From assembly GCA_965285935.1 (NCBI GenBank), contig OZ260663.1, forward strand, positions 27,528,001 to 27,592,000: a DNA stretch of 64,000 nt. The letters run 5' to 3'. Every line of letters starts with the position of its first letter. The stretch's first letter is position 1. A program made the position numbers and the translations under genes. Source of the DNA: Ophelia neglecta (Eukaryota). Under the pieces are notes generated by a model that was given only the letters and a program-made list of their open reading frames with translations, made no database searches and was not told the origin of the DNA. Shown piece by piece: positions 12,689 to 24,064 of the stretch.

Positions 12689-15048
12689 TATATGTATTAA
12701 GACTCTGATAAGTGCAAGCTATCTGTTATAGCCAGCTATATCAACATATGAAGGAAGCATAGTTAAATTCGGCTGCACGTGAGTGCTGACAATCCGGTCT
12801 AATCTCCATTGATCCACTTACAAGCCGTTCTTCAAGGGGCGCCATTCCTATGGCATGTCACGGGACATGTCATGTGATACCTGTTCTACAACCGCAGACA
12901 TCCGCTCTGGGCAAAGGTGGCTAGTTTTTACTTTGTCATAGAAGGTAAAGGTTTACGATACAAATAAACATTTGCGGCGTTCTCTTTTGGGGCACAAGAT
13001 TCATTTTACATGTCATACGTTACACCATTTTTGTTGTAAATAGACTAGAGAGTAAATCTTTACCAATTAAAAGCAACACATGCCGCCTTTCACAAGGCAA
13101 GGGCTGAGGCAGTTACAGAGCAGAATCCCACACCTTGAAATGATTTGTCAGTCACTCTTCCAATAGATAAGGATCGAGAGATAACCTTTCTTAATACATC
13201 TATTCATTTGGAAATTAGCCTTGAACAGCAGGGGCATCACAAATAAAAAGGATGTGCCAGACAAAAGGACCCTTTTTGATTGGAACATGGAGCTACAACC
13301 TTTAAGGTATAACGCTTTTAGTCGTTCTTGCAATGGTTAAAAAGATGTTGCATTAATGCGCAGCGACGATATCGAACACAAATTTAACTACAAACATGAG
13401 CTTGATATCCAAGAACCTGAAGAGGCACAGGGTAATGTTGTAGGGTATAATGTTACGAGACTACATCATAGAATGGTGCCCATTATCTGTTCTGAGCTTG
13501 GGAAGAGGCACACTAAGGGACAACTATACGGCTGTGGGCTCAATTTTAATGAGGTATTTATTAGAGAATCTGTCACATATACAGACGTAGATATAGTGTT
13601 ATATCTATGGTCGCCTGGGTGTGCTATCACATTGGAGCCCTGTCACACACCAGGTGTGGACGTGGCGGGTTAGTGAGCACTCCGGCGCCGTCTTTTGATA
13701 TATTTGTAAGTGGCTCTGTTAGGGACAGTTCCAAGGGGCGACATTGTCGGATGAATGTCACAAGGAAGGCTAACAAAGGTGTCGCTGACGCAGTCAACCC
13801 GATACCCTGTTCCTCTCGGCCTTCCTGTGTAAATTAACTGTCATTAATTGGCTGCTGTCGGACAATTAGCGACTTTCCATAGGTGTCCTAGGCGTGTGGC
13901 TCACCCTCTCACCTGTAGTCGCGGATGGGGATTACAATGGCTCTAAGGTTCTGGGCTCCCCACCTGCCGGACTGCCTGGCCATTCTACAGTCAGGACGGA
14001 CAGCTGCCAAACCCGCTTAATTGCACCAGGGTCGTTGGCTTATGCCGTCCTTCAAATTAGGGAAACCTGCTTAGATTAGAGTTGACATATTAATCAGAAC
14101 TGATCTTTATCTGTAAATCAAGAAATTTTCCAGAACATGAATATTTGGCGAGTCTTATTTCACTTTGTACTACTAATTTCGACATGACATTTCTTCTTTT
14201 AGTATTAATAGAGAGATTAAGTTTCCCATATCGCAAGTAAGGCCACGTAGGGATATCGGATGAACGAAGAGATTTTCGCGATGGTCTCGATGGACGCAAA
14301 CTCGAAGTCGCAGAATTTTAGTGAAATATTCTGCTAGCGCACATATCCTGATAGACCCTACAGAGGATCTCTAAGTACGGTCAGCTCGTTACGTCTGTAT
14401 CCGGTCAGTAGGTTACATCTCATTTCGAATCCCGTCAATAGGATTTTAGGAATGTATTCCTGCGTAACCGCTTACAGACAATGTCCGGTTTCTTATATAA
14501 GTCTTCTCCATGCGAAGCTTTGTTGGATGTGAAAGTCACTAATGGGATACTATAGCAGACAATCATAATGAGACAGGGGAGATAATACTTTAGCTACAAC
14601 CCGGTCACAAGTGGGCTAATTAATTAACTTGTAGGCCCTACTCCTATTCCGACTGACAATTATTCGGTTACCAAGGTAGTGATGTCATTCACTACCGGTG
14701 AACGCTGCCAGGCGAGCACGGCCTCTGGGACACGCGTGCCCCTCCCCCCCCGCCCCCCCGCCGAGGGGCGCGCGCCGCCAATGTGTTACCTTAATTATCC
14801 ACCCACCTTCACGGTAATAAGAGTGCAGTCGACTCTAATGACCGGTACACGGACGTCCTACACGGCGTATCATGTGCGGGTGAATTACCCAGGCTGTTAA
14901 TTAATAACCCCGCCACTCGAGATTGTCACCAGCCTCTAGCCTAGTAAAACAATACTACGTGTTTAAAGAATTGGATTAAATTTAATGGCGAAACAAATAG
15001 GACTAGCATCAGTAAGATGTCAGCACCTGTGAATTGACTCGGCTAATA

Positions 15049-15325
15049 TTAGTAGATTGTATATGGAGTAGGTAGTTTAGGTTAGTAGATTGTACATGGA
15101 GTAGGAAGTTTAGGTTAGTAGATTGTACATGGAGTAGGTAGTTTAGGTTAGTAGATTGTACATGGAGTAGGTAGTTTAGGTTAGTAGATTGTACATGGAG
15201 TAGGTAGTTTAGGTTAGTAGATTGTACATGGAGTAGGTAGTTTAGGTTAGTAGATTGTACATGGAGTAGGTAGTTTAGGTTAGTAGATTGTATATGTGAC
15301 AGGCTGTATAGGTTAGTAGACTGTA
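15049..15325. repeat. 33-bp minisatellite, 7 near-perfect units plus partial copies; degenerate halo to about 15700
   Basis: Unit TTAGTAGATTGTACATGGAGTAGGTAGTTTAGG starts at 15049, 15082, 15115, 15148, 15181, 15214 and 15247, with a partial unit at 15280. Confidence 0.95.
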
Positions 15326-16960
15326 CTGGCAGTGGACCGTAATGGAGTATGTACATGTAGTAGGTTATTAGATTATACATTAGGTATGCCAGTAGAGTGT
15401 ACACGGGATGGGTAGCTAGTTTGTTGGTTTAACATTTATAGATAGTATATAACTTATTAGAATGTATGTGAGTGAATATGTGCTATAGGTTAAAATATTG
15501 TAAATGAAATAGGCATTAGATATGTAGAACTTACCTGTATAGGTAGAAGGCTAATATATTATACGTCGAGTAGGTATTAGGTATGTAGATTGTACATGTA
15601 ATATGCAGTAGATTAGTAGATGTTACATGGAGTTGGTAGTAGAATAGTAGATTGTACATGGAGAAGATGGAAGGTCAGTAGAATATACAGTAGGTACCAA
15701 GTCATTATACTCTGTGAATAGTAGGCTTGAGGTAAGTAGTTGATAAATAAAGTAGGGGGAGCATTAGTAGATTCATATTCATATTAGGTATAATCAGCTT
15801 ATAGCTATAATATCTATATAAGTATATTTTCCCTAATAGCTATATGATGGGACTTTGATATTATGCAATAAAATAGTACTGATTCTAAGGTAAAGAGCAT
15901 CAAGAGGCTTACTTTCTTACTCTATACAACTCGGTTTATAGAGATTGTCATTTTCCGTTGTGTGGGGGAGTTCATGACAGGAGTCAACCTTTTTGGTAAC
16001 ACAACTATAGGTACTGCGGTCTTCCCATCAACAATTGACCTTTTTTTAGGCTAATTAATACTAACCATTATTTTTATTGTTATGTGTCCTAATCAATGTT
16101 TTATAATTACAAAGCTATTATGTTGTTGGTAAATTTTCCTTCTGTCACACAGACAAGCCACCATGCCAGTATCAAAGTTGATTCGTGTTTTAGAAAGAAC
16201 CGGATATATCAGCAAAGAACTGTTAATGTGTCGGCGTTTAATCTTTTATTGGATGCTATTAAGAAGCTCTATGTGTACTGGAGGACAGCTTTACAGTAGT
16301 TTGCGACTAATCATAACCAAATTGCCCTGCAAAAAGTAAATTTGTCCCCATTGACGCATCTGCTCTCTGGCATCAATCACTCAATCAATCAACTAACCAA
16401 TGAAGCTACCTATCAGTCAATCACTTGACTTTGACTTTAACGACTGGTGGCTCTGCTAACACCAAGTTATTTGTATAGCACACAGGATAGACGGGATCCT
16501 GTTTTTTGTATACAAGTATCCGGGCTAATAGTTACACCACGTGTACTCCAATACAAATCAGATTGGCGTGAGCACCCGCCAGACACTGTCGCCGTTCTGA
16601 GATTGTCGTCTGCTCGACAGGTACGCGCAGGTGAACGATACTTGATGGACGCTAAACAGATCTCCGACAATTTACCGGCCATATTAATCACACGCTGCAC
16701 AGCAAATTATCTGGTAATTCGAATACTTAACGGGCGAACAAAGCCAATTACATAGCCGGGATCCGACTCGGCGCTTGGCCGAGCCTCACTGACGGCGCGA
16801 AACAAAGGCGGCGGCCGGATCGAACCGCTGTTCGGCATTATTGGATGAAAGATGTAGATGCAAGAACAATATATTCATTTCAATCTGATCCATATTTCTT
16901 GCCTTCATTGCTCCCTCCGAGACTGTAAAGTAAACCCATAAAAAAGTATATTGAACAACA

Positions 16961-16986
16961 AGCGCGGCAGGCGCGAATCTGCTAGT
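16961..16986 (+). mobile_element. Possible Helitron-like 3' terminus
   Basis: Short GC hairpin GCGC-GGCAG-GCGC followed about 7 nt later by CTAG|T, the canonical Helitron end geometry. The 5' end was not identified. Confidence 0.3.
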
Positions 16987-19900
16987 GTATTTGACTCGTA
17001 ACTTTCTATAAAGACAATGTGTGAATACAAGTTAATGTTCTGTAATGGCGGAATGTACAGGATTATAGGCGCTGGAATCTGGACAGGAAATGAGGGAGGG
17101 GGGAGGGGTCACAGGTGAAACCAGGCAGGGGAGGAAGGGGGCGGGGCATAGGCAAAGGATAGCGGTCATTGGAAGACGGGGAGTATATATATATATGGGC
17201 AATGAAAACTGGAAATGGCGGGATGGGGGGAGAACAACATAGACACCTGATAACCGGAAGGGGCCAGGTGGGGGAGGGGCCCACGGGGAAGCGCATGATA
17301 CTGGACAGTATCTACATGGTAATACATCAATAAGAGGAAGCGGAAATGAGAAAATGGCACAGTACATCATAAGGGATCGTGTCTCTTAAGGGGGCGGGGG
17401 AGGGGTAGGGATTATAAAGTTGATAACAAGCGGAAAGGGGTAGATTTGAATGGGGAACGCATAGATAAGGCAATTTGTAAGTGGGCGGGGGAGGGAGGGG
17501 GGGGGGGTGTTATTGGTTACATAGGCGAGTTAAACCATGATTAAAGTTAAGGTATTCCGTGGGTGTGGTCTCGTCTCGTAAAATATATTTAACATAGATC
17601 TAGACATTCAGTGTTAAGGATTCGGCTTTCAGGAGAGAAACCCGACAATGCCAGCCACGAACACATTTATTTGTGAAGCTATGCTGTCAATAGTTCAAGT
17701 CAGGGCATTCTTTTCAGAAATGCCTGTCTTGTTTAGCTAACATGGTGCGAGCTCTGTTCTCGGTGTTCATTGCTCGTCAGGCAGGCTGACTGCTGTTTTG
17801 GCACCTTGTATTTTGTACGGTATGGCGCCAGAACTGTTTCCGTGATATGTGTAACCAGGTTAGCAGCGATTCAGCCCGGATTGCGGACTTGCTTTGAGGG
17901 GTTTCCTCTTTCCGCCGGGCTGACAAAGCTATCGGGCTTGTCGTTTGTCGTGTATCTGGCATTGACGTTTGTCTGCAGGCTGCTGTCCTAGAGCGTGCAT
18001 CTCACCGCCGATCTGAGCCCACAAAGCAATAGACTCAATCAGAGAAGGCTGGATTAAGACAGAAATCCCAAGCAACCTGATACAAGCCATCAGAGATGCT
18101 TTGTTGGAATGACTAATGCTGGCAGTTGGCGCGGAGAAGGAGGCTGGAAGCGGCCGGGAGCAGGTAGGCCCGCTTAGCCTAATTGAGGCTCTGTCACTGG
18201 GAGCTCGTCTTAGAGCAGTGCCCCGGGCTCCCGTCGCCACCTGTACTCGTAGACATCGGGTGGTGGGCGGGAATCGTGCCCGGATAAAACCAGCCAGTCG
18301 GATTACAGGCTGCCCCGGTCACTGCGGAATTGTGAGGTTTTAACCACTGGGGTGGACGCAATTAGTCGACTAGCCACAACGACTGGCTAATGCTGGCTGA
18401 ATTGCTCAGGCCACCGTCAGGCACATGGATGGCTTCCGTCGAGGGACGCCGCCGGAGGCACTTCCTGCCTAAAACTCAACATAGGTCCCCACCGGCACCA
18501 AATTACACTTTACCTATATACGAGTCGCTTTCATTGCGGACCATTCATTACTTAAGACCGGCTGGAGTGGGGTGGGGGTTTGGAAGGCGTTCGACTCGCA
18601 TCAAAAAATAACAGCCCCCCCCCCCCCCACAAAACACCCACCTACCCACACACACCTCACGTCCCTATCTGTCGCCCGTCTCGCACGCGGAAATTCTGTG
18701 AAAGATCCTATTAATTTGTTCGTAAACTTGCCAGAATTTTTATTTTCCTGTTAAATATGACTGATATTGAGTTTCACTAATTAATTGACACTTTATAGCT
18801 GAGAGAATACGCATTTTGAGATATTACGCAGTTTTTGCATGCTGTTTTTCAAGAAGATCTCTGGCGTGGAGGTTTTCGCCAATTTTTGCTACATTTTGGC
18901 GGAAGGTTATTTCCATTCGCCGATAATGTGGATGTTGGGAAGACAACTATTTTCTTGATTGTAGACACCATAGATTTTGGTGAGGACTAGTGAGGTACGA
19001 ACAACAAAAACTTGTCAATCTTGTTTCTAGTCTGGCCAATTATTTGGCTCTGAAAGCCGGGCCTAGGTCACTAGGAGTAATACTCGTCGTTAATAGGCTA
19101 TTCGTTAAGGGATTTCATGGAAAGTCTTATGTTAGGTGTAAAGGTATGTCCGCCAAATTCTGGTAAACTTTAAAGAAATATTGCACGGAAAAATCCCCAC
19201 CATGGTAAATTATACCAACCAATTTCTGCTCAACTCCATAGCAATTGATAACCCCCCCCCCCCCACCACCACCACCACCATTTTGCTCCCCCTGTCATAA
19301 ATAATGAACGGTCCCATAGAAGAAAGAAGCCCCAACAATTCGCCCGCCTATCCCAGACGCATCTACCTGAAAATCGATCCCCTGGTCTACTCCACAAATA
19401 ATGAGAAATCCGTGCCGACAGAGAGCAATAAAGAGGGTTTCTGGGCAGTCTTATTACACCTCCTTCGGCCTGGCTGCCAGCCGATTAGAACTCTTGAGGG
19501 CAAGCTGAACCATTCCCGACCGGCGGCCCTCTTTGTGCGTCTTCAATACAAACCTCTACCATTCCGTGTCATTCTGACGAATTAATTACTACTAATACCG
19601 TGTGAAATAAGAAACGAAAAGGACTCGCGGATTGTTAATAATGTTGACAAGGCCCGGCCGCGTACTGGGACCAATGCTACAGCGCAAAGCTTTGGTAAAC
19701 TAATGGAGATTCGGGCGTCAATTTTAGCCTAGCATGTTTGCTCGCAGACGACATTTGGTAATTACTTGGGCAGGTCCGAGCGGTGAACAACAACAAAAGC
19801 GTTTCTTCCTCAGCTGACATTGATGTGTGTTGAGACCCGCTGCGCCGACTCGGGGTTGCCATTTCCGGTACAGGCCCCACTCGTGGTCGGCCGTCAGATC

Positions 19901-22900
19901 GTCCATTTAGGAAAACGACAGGCTGCCTTCTCAAGGCAGAAAGTGATGAAAGGCGACTTTTGGGAATTCGGGGCCGTGAGGCGAAGGCGGGAAATGGAAG
20001 TGTTATAGAAAGGAGGTCCTGTACATCAATCAATAAAAGTACATCGCCCTAGCCGCATGTCTGTCGTATCAAACTGAAAACGTCCCAAGCGAGCCCAGTT
20101 AAAACTAATGGCGGTTTGATCTGCTGACGCCCGAGGCAGGAAAACCTGCCACCCTGCCCAAGCTCCCTGATAATACGGCTAACTTATGGCAGCAGACCCG
20201 GCGCCTTGGCCCCGCCACCGACACAGACAAAACATATTTCGTCACTCAACACCCGCTTGTAAAACATCGCCTCTCGTGAATGTGGGCAGATGGAATTTTC
20301 GGCGTCTATCACGTAAGATTTGTCATGAAAAATGCAGCGTAACAGGATTGCGAGAGAGTGTAAGCGCACACCGTCTTTGACTGGCTCGGCCGATCGATAG
20401 GTTCATCTGGCCGAGGGCTGGCGGATGCCACAGCTACCTCACTTTCTTTGTCCAGCGTCCGAAACGCAGCTGAGCAAAGTCAATCACAGCAAATCCATTT
20501 ATTAATAAACCTTCTTGTTTCATGCTTCATAAAAGATAATAGGCGTCAGATAGTGAGTTGGCCCGGCTGGGCCGGTGACACAATTTCGTCTCGGGCAGCG
20601 CGCCAGTCGAAGGCAATCAAGGCCTTTCTAGTTGGGCGCTGAAGCTTGTTTGCCCGCTTGCTTCAATTTGGGCGGGACGCTACTCAAGTCAGGCAAAGGT
20701 CGAGAGCAGGCAGCTCCTGGTCGGTACTGGGACTCAATGCCCTTCACAAGGTCAAAGCCGGGACTAACACAACCTGGTTATAGACTGAGTGGAGGCAGCA
20801 ATCCCGCTCGGTGCCGAGCGGCAGATAAGGCCATGTTTGTCGGCCTAAACCAGTCTTCATTGCTTGCAATAAACATCCAATCTTCTGTCGTATATCTATA
20901 GCAGAAATAGACTGATTAACCAAGAAACGGAAAGACAATACAGTAATCTGCTAGCAGCTCGTTCTACTTCCGGTTGCCAGGCTATAGGACCAGCCTGTCA
21001 TTGCAATTTTGCCGAAGCCTTTGGTCGAGATGAGAGATTGGAAATCTTAAATGCCAGCCTGTCTTCAGACTCAATATCGGAGCACGTGTCTAAACGATAG
21101 CGTGACTTGATAAATAGCCAAAAAGGATCCTCGATAATGTGTGTCACTAGCGGCTATACTAATAACTCACTGTCCGACGAGGGGAAGTGATATAATATGA
21201 TTATCATGTTAACGTGATGTGGAGGAGGATGACTGAAGGGACGGGACATGGGCCGCGCTCGGTCTTCAGACAGGACATTGTGACACAGACCTCTATTCTA
21301 CAAGCCACTATACACAGAGCCATGCGTGTCCCTTAAGCTTCCAAGCAACTCCCAACAAAGAGTAATGAAGCCTGCGGCCTTAGACAAAACAACATCTTCC
21401 TCACCTTGTCCTGCCAAAAGAATTTTGCTTCTACAGAAGAACGATCTCCCTCTAAGCCAAGACTCGTGTCACCTCGCTGAGAGATGGCTGCACTTTTATT
21501 CCGTACCCGCCGAAGAATTATACGGTGGCGTGCGTCAAGCCATTGACTCAGTGCTGCTCGTTATAGAGTTTAATCTAGTGCTGACAATCCTCAAGTCGGT
21601 ATATTCCTTATAAGACGGGATTTTCTAACGGGACAGTCCTCCCTGTATTAGCAACAAGTCAGCTCAAAGAAAGTACTGCAGTCGCGCTTTAGCTTAAGGT
21701 AGAAATTCATCTAAGGGACAAGTCGTCGGTGGTACATTCACCACATTGTGGTATTTTATACGTGACATCTTAGCAATTTAGTTTGGACCATGTGGCATGG
21801 AGGGGGGGAGGGGGTCCATACATTAAAGGCTCTGAGCCTTGATTCTCCCGAATGGCGGCTAATTTAATAGTTAACTAGGGACCTGTATAATTTGAGTTCT
21901 GCTACCTAAGTAATGTTCGGGAAAATCCTCAGAAAGTCGGCTGCCCGTCGACTGCTGGGGTAGGCGGGATGTGCTCGATACCAGATGAAGAGTTCGCGTG
22001 CGCCCGCCAAATCGCATTAAACCACAAAGAAAACAAATATGAAAATCACCACCCTGTATTCAATTAAGCATCCGTCCTGGATGCCTGGCGGTGTATTGAT
22101 TGTCCTGCTGTGGTGGAGAGGGCTGGGAGAGACTTGTCCTGGCCTACCTGTCGGCCGCCACCTCCCGGCCCCCTCAGACCTGTCGAGTTAGACTCGCGCT
22201 GCCGTCTTATGTGGGACACACCTACAGGATGGTAAAACGGATGATCACCTTATTGCGACCAAATTCAAGTCTCGTCCTCAGTCTCGTCTGCCAAACGTTT
22301 TGCCTTGTATAGAAACGACGGAGCATTCTGTGTGACATTGCTTGACGCAGGCCTTTTTTTATACAAGACATTAATTTGAATATTGGGCAAAATAAACTTT
22401 ATTTTAAAAACCAGTGCATTGATGAAATAATCCGTGTTAAACTTTCCAAAGCATACTCAAAATAGATTAATGCATATATTATCTAAATATAAATATAGTT
22501 TATATATAATACATATAAATGTTAGTTATATATATTATTTATATATGATATTTCTATATAATATTTATGTATATTATATATCGGATATGACAGGCCATAG
22601 CTATAAGCGTTGGATTAATAACTTTCAAGCTTTATCCTATTTAAGTCCATGCAATTAGAGTGTCCGCTGCAGGGGTGATTTGAAGCAGGATAGCCCATGC
22701 CTACACAAGTGGGTTAAGCCGCTTACTGTACATCATTCCGCTGTTTTCGACCGCCATGCCAGAGGCGAGGTGAACAATCCGGGCTTTCCAGGCTGTAGAC
22801 TATGGCTATCTCTCCCGCGCTAAGACAGGTAGAAGTGTCTGAACCTAAGTCCGAGGTGCCAGGCGGATTAGATGGCGGTGATTGTAGGTAATGATCTCCG

Positions 22901-23499
22901 AGGAGGTAGGCTGTCAGGTATTGATGGACCGCATTGAGACGCCACTCGACCTAATCCGCCTAGAAAAACCACGGGGACGGCTCAGGCCTGATACTCCTTG
23001 GCTCCCGCGCAGCGGAGCAGACGACATGGGGATTGACCAGCCCGCTCCTCTGGCTTACCGTCCCCACTTCAAGGACGCTCAACCACCAAAAGAAAAAGGT
23101 CAACTACAATAATGGCAATGGCGCACTTAGTCCGGAGTCAAAATGGCTGAAATTCCGACAGGTCAGAAATTCAGCTAAAGAATGAAAGGAAGTGCTATGA
23201 TGCACTTAAGGGGGAATGGTGAATGTTTTCACTGGGTCTTAAATGAGCAACAATCATTATTGAAGAGCCTACTGCCAATGACAAGTTAACAAATGTGCGT
23301 GTTCCAAAAAATCGCACTTGATGTATGACAACTTATGTTTTTTCAGTTTCTACCGTGTTCATAGGACGATCGCTTGCTACCAAATAAATTTCCTCCAGTA
23401 ATTTAAAATGCAAAATGTTTGCTCGTTTAATGTTATGCCTTTACAGTCCCTGACACGTTATTGCCGCACGCGGTTTTGCCGCGCCTTTCCCGCTCGCGT

Positions 23500-23645
23500 C
23501 TCTTCGCCCGGGTCCTTGTGGCACGCGTCTTTATCGTGCGTTCCGCGTACGTCTTTGCCGCGCGTTCCGCGTACGTCTTTGTCGTGCATTCCCCTCACGT
23601 CTTTGCCGCGCGTTCCTCGTACGTCTTTGCCCGGCTTGTCCTCGC
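23500..23645. repeat. Degenerate 24-bp CpG-rich tandem repeat (about 5 units), probably a transposon internal repeat
   Basis: CGTCTTTGCCGCGCGTTCCGCGTA-like units at 24-bp spacing. Confidence 0.8.
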
Positions 23646-23929
23646 CCTAGGCGACAAAACGAGTCTTCGCCGCATGTTTCTCGTATAATTATGCGTGAGT
23701 TTGCGCCATGTCGAGACTTTTATTTTACAAGAACTTGGTTAATAAAATTAAGCGAGTCTTGTATAATTCATCCTCGTTAGCCACACTGTCCACATTCACA
23801 CAAATTTAAGAATGCATGCTGTGAACGATTCATGTACACTTGTATGTGTACACATACAGGTGTACATGTATGTGTAATATAATATTTGTTGATGCGTATA
23901 ACACTAATATTTGTTGCATATCATTTTAG

Positions 23930-24064
23930 GAACAAGAAGACGGAGAGGGAAATTACAAGCGAGTGGCAATCGTCGAAGACTTTTTTGAAATTATATACAA
24001 CGTTCACGTTGAGATGGACGGACGTGGTGGCAAACATGCCGGACAGAAGCGGACGTACCGGGCG
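23930..24064 (+). CDS. NOL4: NOL4-family coding exon 2 (45 codons, phase 0/0)
   Basis: Branch-like ACTAAT, acceptor cattttag|G and donor GCG|GTAAGT. Encodes EQEDGEGNYKRVAIVEDFFEIIYNVHVEMDGRGGKHAGQKRTYRA, matching NOL4 RVAVVEDFFDIIYSMHVE..KHAGQKRTYKA. The ORF track shows a different frame here. Confidence 0.95.

Larger units (their letters stand above)
5762..23929 (+). other. NOL4 intron 1 (18,168 nt, GT-AG, phase 0)
   Basis: Bounded by the exon 1 donor and exon 2 acceptor; the joined reading frame is continuous and colinear with NOL4. Confidence 0.9.

Noticed and set aside
15009-15404. 131-aa ORF with an 11-aa repeat (LLHVQSTNLNY)
   Set aside because: By-product of a 33-bp minisatellite that happens to lack a stop in one frame; no splice or homology support.
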